47,978 nucleotides of DNA. It comes from Verrucomicrobia bacterium UBA673. GTDB lineage: Bacteria > Verrucomicrobiota > Verrucomicrobiia > Limisphaerales > UBA1096. A model generated the notes under the pieces. The model saw nothing but the letters and a program-made list of their open reading frames with translations, was not told the DNA's origin and did no database searches. The stretch covers positions 1-47,978 of the forward strand of contig DBNL01000101.1 of assembly GCA_002299785.1 (NCBI GenBank), in the 5' to 3' direction. Below, in pieces: positions 1 to 8,786 of this stretch (its first letter is position 1; each line of letters opens with the position of its first letter). A program made the position numbers and the translations under genes.

Positions 1-136
1 CCAGCCGGGACAGGTTATCGGCCTGAGCGATGAGTGTGTAGGCTTGGATGAATGAATCGTTGGGCCCTGCAGCCTGGGCTGTGAACAGGAGGCCAATAGA
101 AAGGACCAGTGTTGTAATGGATGAAAACCGTTTCAC
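1..136 (-). CDS. 5' end of a gene for an exported protein (partial; continues past the window start)
   Basis: Not in the ORF track. The reverse-complement frame from GTG (136..134) reads VKRFSSITTLVLSIGLLFTAQA/AGPNDSFIQAYTLIAQADNLSRL. This is an n-h-c signal peptide with an AQA cleavage site. The frame is open to position 1 and has an in-frame stop 3 codons upstream of the GTG. I prefer it over the featureless overlapping ORF 15..209. Confidence 0.35.
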   Translation of the reverse strand, partial: MKRFSSITTLVLSIGLLFTAQAAGPNDSFIQAYTLIAQADNLSRL

Positions 137-338
137 GCGGGCGATTTAGCCAAAGGTCATTCGAGTTAGCAACCATTGAAAGAGACAAAGTGTCGATTAG
201 CTTGGCCAAAGCGTAGCGATGTAACTTTTTCGTGACAACTGCGTATTACGCGTTAAATTGCCCTGCCTTCGGGCTTTTTCGAGTGAAATAGGACAGACAG
301 GGAGGGAAGTGCATCTTTTCAATTGATGCGAATTTATT

Positions 339-1133
339 TTGGCGGACAATTTGCAAAAACAACGATACGAGCACAAGTACATCATCGGTGATGATGTAGC
401 GTTGTCTGTGCGTGATTTTGTGTCCTCATATCTTGATTTGGATCCTTTCGGTGCGACCCAGCCCAATTTTTCCTACCCGGTGCACAGTCTATATCTGGAT
501 TCCCCGGGTTTGCGTCTTTACCAAACGACGATCAATGGAGACAAAAATCGCTATAAGCTGCGCATTCGCTTTTACGAGGATCGTCCGAAGGCGCCGGTTT
601 ATTTCGAGGTCAAGCGTCGCACGAACAACACGATAGCGAAGGAGCGGGGTGGCGTGAATCGCGAGGATTTAGGGCATGTGCTGAGTGGTCAGTTGCCGTT
701 ACTTGGACAAATGTCCAGCGGGGAGCCGGCACATCGTGCGGCCGTCGAACAGTTCATACATCACATGCAGGAATTGGAGGCGGCACCGAAGGCTCACGTT
801 GCTTATTACCGTGAAGCATGGACGAGTCGTCATGACAACTCGGTGCGTGTGACGCTGGATCGGCAGATCCGGATTGAGGTTGAGCACAAGTCGCATTTGA
901 TAACTCAAATGAAAGATCCCAAGTTAGTGTTTGGCGACAATGTGGTGCTGGAGTTAAAGTTTACCAATCGTTTCCCAGACTGGTTCCGCGAATTGGTCAG
1001 AATATTTGGCCTGACACAATGTGGTGCAGCCAAGTACGTTGACGGAGTCACTGTGTTGGGTTCACAATTCGTTCAGGAAGGGCTGGATTCTAGCGGTTGG
1101 CCAATCGCTCACTCAAGGGAAAAGGTTACATAA
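339..1133 (+). CDS. VTC-domain (CYTH-like, polyphosphate-polymerase-like) protein
   Basis: 264-aa ORF with a TTG start. It has an N-terminal RYEHKY motif, then the basic strand motifs YKLRIRFY and YFEVKRR typical of bacterial VTC/CYTH tunnel proteins. Its usual DUF4956 partner follows 6 nt downstream. Confidence 0.8.
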   Translation: MADNLQKQRYEHKYIIGDDVALSVRDFVSSYLDLDPFGATQPNFSYPVHSLYLDSPGLRLYQTTINGDKNRYKLRIRFYEDRPKAPVYFEVKRRTNNTIAKERGGVNREDLGHVLSGQLPLLGQMSSGEPAHRAAVEQFIHHMQELEAAPKAHVAYYREAWTSRHDNSVRVTLDRQIRIEVEHKSHLITQMKDPKLVFGDNVVLELKFTNRFPDWFRELVRIFGLTQCGAAKYVDGVTVLGSQFVQEGLDSSGWPIAHSREKVT

Positions 1134-1139
1134 CGATTA

Positions 1140-1826
1140 ATGGATCACTGGTTTTTACAAGGAGACTACACTCCGGTTCCCACGGATGTTCCCATGATGC
1201 TTATGGGTTTGCTGCTGGCTTTTGTCTGCGGGCACGCCATTGCATGGGTTTATATGTTCACCCATACAGGGTTATCCTATTCCAGGTCATTCGTTAACTC
1301 TCTTGTGGTTATTCCGACCATCGTTTCGATGGTGATGCTTGTTCTGTCCAATAACCTGGTGACAGCTTTTGGATTGATGGCAATATTTGCCATCGTTCGA
1401 TTCCGCAATGTACTCAGGGATACGCTGGACACCTCGTTTATCTTATCGGTCATCGTCATCGGCATGGCCTGCGGCACGTTAAAATTTGCGACGGCCATAG
1501 CCGGATGCATGATGATCTGTCTGATTATGTTTTACATTCGGATGACTTCGTTCGGTACCCGGCATCGGTACGACACCATTCTCAATCTTCATTGGGAGCG
1601 CTCTGCCCCGGAAATTAGAGTGTTGGACGATATATTCGGGCGTCATACCCGCCGTTCCCGTTGTGTCAGCGAGCGAACGGTTGACGGTTCCTCAGGAGTG
1701 GGTTTTTCCTATCGGTTGCTTTTGCGCGATCCTTCACGCTTGGAGGATCTGCTAATCGAGTTGCGAGAGATGGACGGCGTGTCCCGAGTCACAGGACTGA
1801 AGGCGGAGGCAGAATCAGAAGTCTAG
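1140..1826 (+). CDS. DUF4956-family integral membrane protein (usual partner of bacterial VTC proteins)
   Basis: 228 aa. The N-terminal half has 4 predicted TM helices, with FAIVRFRN followed by a further TM segment, matching my recollection of DUF4956. The C-terminal half is soluble. Tightly packed between the VTC and HlyD-like genes. Confidence 0.75.
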   Translation: MDHWFLQGDYTPVPTDVPMMLMGLLLAFVCGHAIAWVYMFTHTGLSYSRSFVNSLVVIPTIVSMVMLVLSNNLVTAFGLMAIFAIVRFRNVLRDTLDTSFILSVIVIGMACGTLKFATAIAGCMMICLIMFYIRMTSFGTRHRYDTILNLHWERSAPEIRVLDDIFGRHTRRSRCVSERTVDGSSGVGFSYRLLLRDPSRLEDLLIELREMDGVSRVTGLKAEAESEV

Positions 1827-1829
1827 CAC

Positions 1830-2954
1830 ATGAGCGATAAACAGCCCATTCCCATCCCAGCCGAACAAAGATGGCAGGACTTCAGGCAGGTCACCCTGCC
1901 TGTCATCGTGTTTCTGCTCTGCATCGCCGGGGTGATGATTCTTTGGTTCAGTCGCGTCAGCCCGTCTTCAGTGGTGGGCGAGGCGCGTTCAGAGAATATC
2001 GTTCTCTCCAGCCCCCGCCCAGGGTTGTTGACAAAGGTTGCCGTCGGCCGTTTCGACACGGTGAAAGCAGGCGACCCTATTGCCTATATTGATTACTCGA
2101 TGGATCCGGACTTTGCCGACGCAACCGTGGAGTGGGTTCGGGCACAGGTCGATTTGCTCACACTGACCATAGACCCCATGCAGCGGGCGCGGACCACCCT
2201 GAGCTACAATCAGCTCCGATTGGACTGGCTGAACGAGCGGACGTCAGTTGCGGCATTGAAGATCGAGCTTCAGAATTCAGAAAAAGAGTTTCAGCGAATT
2301 GAAAATCTGTTCAAGGACACGCTTGTTTCAGAGTCAGTTTACAACAAGGCCAAGACAGATCGCGACAGCTACGCCGTGCAGGTTCAACAAAAAACCGAGT
2401 TGGTGGCCTCGATAGAGGAGGCCCTCCGCGAGGCACAGGAAAACGATCCGTCAAGCCAGTTGGATCAATCTCAAATCAAGAGACTCGACCAGGGTTTGAG
2501 CCGCGTGGAGAAATTGCTGGATGACATTATTTTATTGTCCCCAATTGACGGCGAAATTGGGAGTATCAGCAAACAAACCGGCGAGAGCGTCCAGGCAGGT
2601 GAGACCATCGCCACTATCAGTTCCACGCAGGTCAAGAAGATCGTTGGATACGTCCCTCAACCCATTTACCTGGAGCCGGAGGCTGGAATGGAGGTTGAAA
2701 TAAGGACACGACGCCCCACCACATCCGGCCTCTTTTCTTGGTTGGGAGTCGACAGGAAAGTTGCCCGGGCCAAGGTGTCCAAGGTCAGCAATCGGCTTGA
2801 GGCCGTCGGAAGCGGTGTACTGAGGAACCGGGCTGCCTACAAAAAAGTTTTACCTTTCACGATTGACTTGGTCGATGCCGAGGGCGAACCAATCAAGCTG
2901 GACATCCATCCGGGCGAGCTGGTCGATATCCACTTCATCAGAGCCGGTGAGTAG
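1830..2954 (+). CDS. HlyD-family periplasmic adaptor / membrane-fusion-like protein
   Basis: 374 aa. One N-terminal TM helix, then a lipoyl-like hairpin half (VKAGDPIAYID), a long coiled-coil segment, and the second hairpin half (LLSPIDGEIGSISKQTGESVQAGETIATI). Starts 3 nt after the stop of the DUF4956 gene. Confidence 0.7.
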   Translation: MSDKQPIPIPAEQRWQDFRQVTLPVIVFLLCIAGVMILWFSRVSPSSVVGEARSENIVLSSPRPGLLTKVAVGRFDTVKAGDPIAYIDYSMDPDFADATVEWVRAQVDLLTLTIDPMQRARTTLSYNQLRLDWLNERTSVAALKIELQNSEKEFQRIENLFKDTLVSESVYNKAKTDRDSYAVQVQQKTELVASIEEALREAQENDPSSQLDQSQIKRLDQGLSRVEKLLDDIILLSPIDGEIGSISKQTGESVQAGETIATISSTQVKKIVGYVPQPIYLEPEAGMEVEIRTRRPTTSGLFSWLGVDRKVARAKVSKVSNRLEAVGSGVLRNRAAYKKVLPFTIDLVDAEGEPIKLDIHPGELVDIHFIRAGE

Positions 2955-2990
2955 CTCTGCCCCTTGGCCAAGCGTTACCCGTCCACGATC

Positions 2991-4808
2991 TTAAATCGTG
3001 TTTTCCAAACCGCTCTTGGCGATCGCTTCCGACATCAGACCTAGCGTCTTGCTGCGCGACACCGAGCCAACCAAGTGCATCTCCCTGTTCGAGTTTACCA
3101 CCGGGATCATCTCCATCTCAGAGCCCATGATCTCAGGCAGGGCATCCATCAACTGCCGGTTGGGTGTTAGGACCGTGTCCACCGGCCGCATCAGATCCAG
3201 CGCGATCACCGCCCGCATCTCGTCCCCCGCATTGAGGTGGGCTTTAACATCTTGAAGCGAAATCACCCCCACTAATCGATTATCTGCGCTTAATACCGGC
3301 AGATAGTTTCGAGGGCTGGCAAGGAAGAGTTCCGAGATTTCAGGCAAGGCTGCCGTCTCCTTGATCGGCGAAGTCGGCCCCACCATCACGTCCCCGATGC
3401 AATGGTCGTAGGCAGATCCCATCCTGCGGTTTTCCTGGTCCACCACCAATCCGCGCCGATGAAGCGGCGCCGAGTAAACCGATGCTTTAAAAAACTTCTT
3501 CGAAACCAAAGTCGCCACCACGCAGCTAATCATCAGCGGCGGCATCAACTCATATTTCAGCGAGATTTCAAATATCAGGATCATCGCCAACAAAGGCGAG
3601 CGGGTGGTTGCTGCCAAGACACTGCCCATGCCGACTAATGCAAAAGCAACCATCGGTGTCTCTTCCGCAAAGCCTAGCAGGCCAAGCGCTTGGCTAAAGG
3701 CCGCCCCAAGACCTGCTCCAAGAAATAGAGTCGGGGTAAACACCCCTCCGATCGTTCCAGCGCCAACCGTGACAACCGTGGCGACGAACTTTGCCACAAG
3801 CAATCCGGCCAGCACAAACAGCGGGATCTTCCAAGCATCGAGACTTTTGAGAACAGAACCCTGTACGAGCACCGAAAACCCTGTTTCCGTTGATTCAGCC
3901 TTCAAAATCTGGTTCGTGACCTCATATCCGTTACCCCAGACACCCGGAAAAACCAAGGCGATTAAGCCAACCGACAAACCAGCCAAGCCAAGTTTCACCG
4001 AGCTTGGCCAAGTACTCTTCTCAGTCGCGGACTCAACTTTCTGAATCGACTTTAGAAAAAAAGCACCCCCAACGCCTGAGAGTGTTCCCAAGATTAAAAA
4101 CCAACCCATTTGTGAAAACCGGGCTGCTTGGTTGAAATCAATCGATTCGGGCAGCACATACCAAGGCTCAATGCCAAACCAAAATCGTGAAACCATCGTG
4201 GCCACAACCGAAGCCATGACCAACGGAGCAAATAGGTTCATCGAAAAATTCCCAACCAAAACCAAGGCGGCAAAAAGTGCTCCAGCAATCGGGGCATTGT
4301 AGGCGGCAGCCAGACCGGCCGCCGCCCCACATGCAACCATCAGTCGAAGCCGATAAGGCTGCCATTGGTGAAATTGACCCCATTTAGACGCAAAAGTAGC
4401 CGTTAACTGCGTAATCGCCCCCTCCCGGCCAATCGAAGCCCCCGTCCCGATACTTAAAAGGGACGACCAAGCATGAATCAGCGTTGCCCGCATGCCAAGC
4501 CGACCATCTCCAACGGCGACTGCCTCCAAAACATTCGTAACCTTCTTGTTTCCAGAAAGATGTGTTCTAAGCAAAAGAACCAATCCAGCCAACAAACTAC
4601 CTAATGTAGGAATAATAATCCTCTCAAAAGAGCTCAAACCCTGAGCCAAATCCCCTGGAGAGTCAGATTGCCAAAAAACGATCCACTGAATTGAGTTCAC
4701 CAAAAATAAGAACACCAGATTCACTAATCCACCAATGACACCAATAAAAGCAGCCAAAAAAAGGTGAAATGCCTCCTCATTAGCCATGATTCGATTGATT
4801 AGTTTCAT
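2991..4808 (-). CDS. ClC-family chloride channel / H+:Cl- antiporter with a C-terminal CBS pair
   Basis: Polytopic membrane protein with the ClC selectivity motifs GSGASIGREGAITQ-like (IGTGASIGREGAITQ) and GGVFTPTLFLGA. The C-terminal roughly 140 aa resemble two CBS domains. I chose the start at the second Met (MKLINR, 4808). The ORF is open to 4853, and 4787 (MANEE) is also possible. Confidence 0.88.
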   Translation of the reverse strand: MKLINRIMANEEAFHLFLAAFIGVIGGLVNLVFLFLVNSIQWIVFWQSDSPGDLAQGLSSFERIIIPTLGSLLAGLVLLLRTHLSGNKKVTNVLEAVAVGDGRLGMRATLIHAWSSLLSIGTGASIGREGAITQLTATFASKWGQFHQWQPYRLRLMVACGAAAGLAAAYNAPIAGALFAALVLVGNFSMNLFAPLVMASVVATMVSRFWFGIEPWYVLPESIDFNQAARFSQMGWFLILGTLSGVGGAFFLKSIQKVESATEKSTWPSSVKLGLAGLSVGLIALVFPGVWGNGYEVTNQILKAESTETGFSVLVQGSVLKSLDAWKIPLFVLAGLLVAKFVATVVTVGAGTIGGVFTPTLFLGAGLGAAFSQALGLLGFAEETPMVAFALVGMGSVLAATTRSPLLAMILIFEISLKYELMPPLMISCVVATLVSKKFFKASVYSAPLHRRGLVVDQENRRMGSAYDHCIGDVMVGPTSPIKETAALPEISELFLASPRNYLPVLSADNRLVGVISLQDVKAHLNAGDEMRAVIALDLMRPVDTVLTPNRQLMDALPEIMGSEMEMIPVVNSNREMHLVGSVSRSKTLGLMSEAIAKSGLENTI

Positions 4809-4875
4809 CTCAAAAAAGCAGTAAACGGAGACCGAGCAGCCCTTTTTTTTCAAGAACCTAACGGATTATGAGGAG

Positions 4876-4892
4876 TGAGTCAATTTGACTCA
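4876..4892. promoter_or_regulatory. Perfect 17-bp palindrome TGAGTCAA-T-TTGACTCA upstream of the ClC gene (candidate operator)
   Basis: Read directly from the sequence. It lies 68 to 84 bp upstream of the preferred ClC start (24 bp from the longest possible start), inside a 546-bp AT-rich divergent spacer. Confidence 0.3.
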
Positions 4893-5399
4893 GTGAAGCT
4901 AAGTCTAAAGATAAGTTTGGCTGGTCATATGCTCTCGTTAAGACGACGCAATTCATGGAAGTGAATGTCTCAATAAATCAAAAATTATTTAGCTTTTCTA
5001 AGTTGTGGCGAACTAAGCGGGCGAAGTCGTTCGTCGCATCATTTATTATACACTCAACGTACTTGTTTCAAACCAAGCCATTTGAACACATGAGACTCAA
5101 GTGCACTTTTGGAAACTTGTGAAACGTGCGAACAAGAATGCCTGTTTCCGAGGTTATTTGATTGACGTTAAACTCTAATTAAGTTGCGGTCGAGGTAACT
5201 TAAATTGGGCCCTTTCCAAGCCCCAGACTAAGTCTTCAAATGGGCAAGTTTAAGTAACTTGGACTAATTCTTCAGATCAATTTTTTCGGTGCGGAATAGC
5301 ACGCTTTTTTTTGTCTTACAGGGCTTGGCCAAGGGACGGCCTTTGTTTAGTTTGTGCTTTTCCGTTTTGGGCTAGTCGCTTGCCCAAGCGGATAATCAC

Positions 5400-6632
5400 A
5401 TGAAAATCAATAGTGTTGAGGCTTTTCTGGTTTCCTGCCCATTGCCGGAGCCGCTGGTACTGCCGTTTTATGGTGGGGAGAGAACCGTGTTGAAGCGGGA
5501 TGCGATGTTCATTTGTGTCACGGCGGATAATCGGCTTCAGGGGTTTGCCCCGGGACCGGCGCATGAGAGGGCTGAGCGTGAGATTCGTGAGATTATCTCT
5601 CCGTTCTTAGAGGGGCGCGATCCCAGCGCTTGGACAAGTTTTGATTTCAAAGGCGACTTGGAACTGACCAAGACGTATCAGGCCGTGGAGATTGCCGTCA
5701 TGGATTTGATGGCCCGATTTGAAGGGTGTCCGTTAAGTGACATCACGGGAGGGGCCAAGCGGGACAGGATCAAGCTTTATGGCAGCGCGGGGATGTACAT
5801 GGAGCCGGAGCGATTCGCGGAGGAGGCTGTGGCGATAGCCGGGATGGGGTTTTCAGCCTACAAAATGAGGCCGGCGCGAGGGCCTGATGCGGATTTGGAG
5901 ACGATGCGGCAAATGCGCGCTGCGGCCGGGCCGGATGTTGGGCTGATGATCGACGCGCATTCTTGGTGGCGGATGGGGGATAAAACTTATTCGCTTGAGA
6001 CGATTTTAGGCTTGGCCAACGCAATGGCTGAATTTGCCCCGACTTGGCTGGAGGAGCCTTTGCCGCCAGAGGATCACGAGGCGTACGCGCGGTTGAAGGA
6101 TGCTGCGAAGTTTCCAATTGCCACCGGGGAGCATGAGCCGGATGAAGCGGGCTTCATGGATTTGTTTGACAAGGGTTGCGCAGATTTCATCCAGATGGAT
6201 GTATGTTGCCAAGGTGGTTTTGCGATGGGCCGACGAATTTTTGAGAAGGTGAAGCAACATGACCTTCGATTTGCGTTTCATAGTTGGGGCACAAATCTGG
6301 AAGTGCTTGCGGCAGCGCATCTCGGCGTTTGCTGGGAGGAGGATGTTGTGGAGTGGTTGGAGTTTCCGTGCTACTCGAATGATGGCCGACCCGGGATGTA
6401 TCCGTTCCCGGTGGCAGATGAAATCCTAAAGGAACCGCTTGCGATGAAAGACGGTTATCTAATTTTGCCGGACGGGCCGGGGCTGGGTATTGAAGTGGAC
6501 AAGAGTATCGTCGAGAAATACCCCTTTATCCCCGGGCCTTGGTCTTATTTCAGAATCGACTCGCCACCGGAGACGGTGGCCGTGACAGGCGACCACAGCG
6601 TCAAGTGGATTGAGGGTGATCAACCAAATTAA
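5400..6632 (+). CDS. Enolase-superfamily enzyme (mandelate racemase / muconate lactonizing family; probable sugar-acid dehydratase)
   Basis: 410 aa. Capping-domain N-terminus, then barrel motifs in the expected order: KMRPARG, IDAHSWW (metal Asp), LEEPLPPED (metal Glu), ATGEHE (metal Glu). Followed 6 nt later by a GntP permease gene. Confidence 0.8.
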   Translation: MKINSVEAFLVSCPLPEPLVLPFYGGERTVLKRDAMFICVTADNRLQGFAPGPAHERAEREIREIISPFLEGRDPSAWTSFDFKGDLELTKTYQAVEIAVMDLMARFEGCPLSDITGGAKRDRIKLYGSAGMYMEPERFAEEAVAIAGMGFSAYKMRPARGPDADLETMRQMRAAAGPDVGLMIDAHSWWRMGDKTYSLETILGLANAMAEFAPTWLEEPLPPEDHEAYARLKDAAKFPIATGEHEPDEAGFMDLFDKGCADFIQMDVCCQGGFAMGRRIFEKVKQHDLRFAFHSWGTNLEVLAAAHLGVCWEEDVVEWLEFPCYSNDGRPGMYPFPVADEILKEPLAMKDGYLILPDGPGLGIEVDKSIVEKYPFIPGPWSYFRIDSPPETVAVTGDHSVKWIEGDQPN

Positions 6633-6638
6633 ATTCAA

Positions 6639-8147
6639 ATGGATCCGCTGATTATTTTGTTGATAGGGATGGCTGTGGTGATCGGCGGTGTCTTGTGGTT
6701 GCGGTTGCATGCTTTTATGGCGCTGATCGGTGGGGCGTTGGTGGTTGGTTTGCTGGCAACGCCGGATGCCATCAAGGAGTCGGTGATGAATGATACCCGG
6801 ATTGAAAAAGACATTCTTAAACAGGCGACCAATCGACTTGGCCAAGACGATCCAAACTTAACTAACTTGGTTCAGGAGTTGCACAAAACCAAGGCCAAGC
6901 ACACAGCGGCGCAGTCTGTGATTTCCCGGGTTACGGGTGCGTTTGGAAAGGCATGCGGCAGCTTAGGGATTCTCATCGCGATGGCTGCGATCATTGGCAA
7001 ATGCCTTTTGGAGAGTGGCGGTGCAGAGCGGATCATTCGATCGGCGCTGGGGCTGCTCGGCGAGAAACGTGCACCGCTGGCTTTCACTGGAAGTGGGTTC
7101 CTGCTCGGCACACCGGTTTTCTTCGACACAGTTTTTTATTTGATGATCCCGCTTGGCAAAGCGCTGGCGATGCGGTTTCGCGAAAACTACGGGCTATACA
7201 TCATGACAATCGTGGCCGGTGCGACTATGGCGCATTCGCTGGTACCGCCGACACCGGGGCCCTTGTTCGTGGCCGTTCAACTCGATGTCGAGCTAGGAAT
7301 GATGATCCTGATGGGGTTGGTGGTCGGTTCGGTGGCGTGCGCGACTGGTTATGTTTATGCCAAGTTCGTCAACGTGCACGACAAGTGGCAGGTGCCGTTG
7401 CGCGACTCGGCTGATTTGCCCTTGGCCAAGCTGGAGGAGATAGCTCAGCGCGACAACAAATCGCTGCCATCGCTTGGCCTAGCGTTGCTGCCGGTGCTAT
7501 TGCCGATTGTGCTAATCGGCGGCAACACCATTCTTCAAAAGCTCATCGCTGCCCCGCCGGTCGGTTTGGCCTATTTTCTTGGCTTGGTCGGCGACAAAAA
7601 CATTGCGCTGATTATTGCGGCGGCTGTGGGGCTTGGCTTATTGGCGATGCAAAAACGAGGTGACAAGCAGGCGCTCTTCGACTCCGTGCAATCGGCCTTG
7701 GCCAGCGGCGGGGTGGTGATTCTGATCACAGCCGCTGGCGCGTCGTTCGGATCGATGCTGCAGCAGACGAACATCGCAGCGCGCATCGGCGGTTTGGCGG
7801 CGGATTTTGAAATCACCGGGCTGCTTCTTTTACCGCTTGCTTTTTTTGTGACGGCGGTGGTGCGCACGGCGCAGGGCTCGGCGACGGTTTCGATGATCAC
7901 CTCGGTGGGCATTTTCGCAGGGATGGCGGCAACACTGCCGTTCCATCCAGTCTATTTGGCGCTGGCGATTGGCTGCGGTTCAAAGCCGTTTCCGTGGATG
8001 AACGACAGCGGCTTCTGGGTGATTAACCGGATGAGCGGAATGACGATCCGCGAGTCGATTCGAAGCGTCTCGTTTCTGATGACTGTAATGGCGATCGACG
8101 GCTTGGTTGCCGTGATGTTGCTCGCCTGGCTGTTCCCGATGAGTTAG
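6639..8147 (+). CDS. GntP-family (gluconate/sugar-acid:H+) permease
   Basis: 502 aa, polytopic. The N-terminus (MDPLIILLIGMAVVIGGVLWLRLHAF) is GntP-like, as is SGGAERI. A hydrophilic segment of about 45 aa between TM1/2 and the first re-entrant region looks like an insertion compared with enterobacterial GntP as I remember it. Confidence 0.8.
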   Translation: MDPLIILLIGMAVVIGGVLWLRLHAFMALIGGALVVGLLATPDAIKESVMNDTRIEKDILKQATNRLGQDDPNLTNLVQELHKTKAKHTAAQSVISRVTGAFGKACGSLGILIAMAAIIGKCLLESGGAERIIRSALGLLGEKRAPLAFTGSGFLLGTPVFFDTVFYLMIPLGKALAMRFRENYGLYIMTIVAGATMAHSLVPPTPGPLFVAVQLDVELGMMILMGLVVGSVACATGYVYAKFVNVHDKWQVPLRDSADLPLAKLEEIAQRDNKSLPSLGLALLPVLLPIVLIGGNTILQKLIAAPPVGLAYFLGLVGDKNIALIIAAAVGLGLLAMQKRGDKQALFDSVQSALASGGVVILITAAGASFGSMLQQTNIAARIGGLAADFEITGLLLLPLAFFVTAVVRTAQGSATVSMITSVGIFAGMAATLPFHPVYLALAIGCGSKPFPWMNDSGFWVINRMSGMTIRESIRSVSFLMTVMAIDGLVAVMLLAWLFPMS

Positions 8148-8165
8148 CGCCGCCTGGAGCGAGGC

Positions 8166-8735
8166 CTAAATCTCGAGGTCGAGGAAGTTTTGCATCATCG
8201 TGTGGCCGTGTTCGGTGAGGATGCTTTCGGGGTGGAACTGCACACCCCAGATGGGGAGTTCCTTGTGCCGCAACCCCATGATTTCACCTTCCTCCGTTTC
8301 TGCAGTGACCTCCAGGCAATCCGGCAACGTCTCGCGTTTTACGACGAGCGAGTGGTAACGCGTAGTGACGTAAGGGGAGGGAATACCTTTGAATAAGTCC
8401 TTGCCGTTGTGGCTGATGGACGATGTTTTGCCGTGCATCATCCGGTAGTTCACGACGACCTCACCACCGAAGGCATGGCCGATGCATTGGTGCCCGAGGC
8501 AAACGCCCATGATCGGCAGCTTGCCGGCGAAGTGCTTGATGACGTCGTTGGACAGGCCTGCTTCGCGAGGGGTGCGCGGGCCGGGGGAGACGAGGATGCG
8601 ATCGGGTCTGTCGGCCTCGATCTGCTCGATGGTGACCTCGTCGTTCCGGTGCACGAGTACGTTGGCCTTCAACTCGCCAAGATACTGGACGAGGTTGAAG
8701 GTGAACGAATCATAGTTGTCGAGGACGAGAACCAT
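8166..8735 (-). CDS. trpG: Anthranilate / aminodeoxychorismate synthase component II (glutamine amidotransferase)
   Basis: 189 aa. [16 protein letters not shown]-terminus, catalytic GVCLGHQ, and C-terminal VQFHPES triad motif. From sequence alone I cannot tell TrpG from PabA. Confidence 0.9.
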   Translation of the reverse strand: MVLVLDNYDSFTFNLVQYLGELKANVLVHRNDEVTIEQIEADRPDRILVSPGPRTPREAGLSNDVIKHFAGKLPIMGVCLGHQCIGHAFGGEVVVNYRMMHGKTSSISHNGKDLFKGIPSPYVTTRYHSLVVKRETLPDCLEVTAETEEGEIMGLRHKELPIWGVQFHPESILTEHGHTMMQNFLDLEI

Positions 8736-8786
8736 CGGCGGGCAAAGTACAATTCAAATCCTGCTTGGCCAAGCGCGGAGGGGAAA

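Noticed and set aside
15-209. 64-aa minus-strand ORF offered by the track at the window start
   Set aside because: It has no recognisable features. It overlaps, in another frame, a much more convincing signal-peptide-encoding frame (GTG at 136, open to position 1).
259-285. Weak plus-strand hairpin GCCC-TGCCTTC-GGGC followed by T5 upstream of the VTC gene
   Set aside because: The stem is only 4 bp and there is no upstream plus-strand gene to terminate. It could be part of a leader structure, but the evidence is too thin.
340-355. Sigma-54-like TGGCGG-ACAAT-TTGCA with correct GG-N10-GC spacing
   Set aside because: It overlaps the TTG start codon and first codons of the VTC gene. A transcript starting about 12 nt downstream would remove the conserved RYEHKY N-terminus. 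Most likely a chance match.
4854-5100. Possible fluoride (crcB-type) riboswitch upstream of the ClC gene
   Set aside because: Reading the minus strand, I could not find the conserved riboswitch core segments. The channel also carries CBS domains and canonical chloride-type selectivity motifs rather than looking like a ClC-F.
5368-5383. Sigma-54-like GGGCTAGTCGCTTGC just upstream of the enolase-superfamily gene
   Set aside because: The -24 element is poor (GGGCTA). The predicted start would leave a leader of only about 5 nt before the ATG at 5400. The -12 part is simply a degenerate copy of the iterated palindrome (CGCTTGCCCAAGCG).
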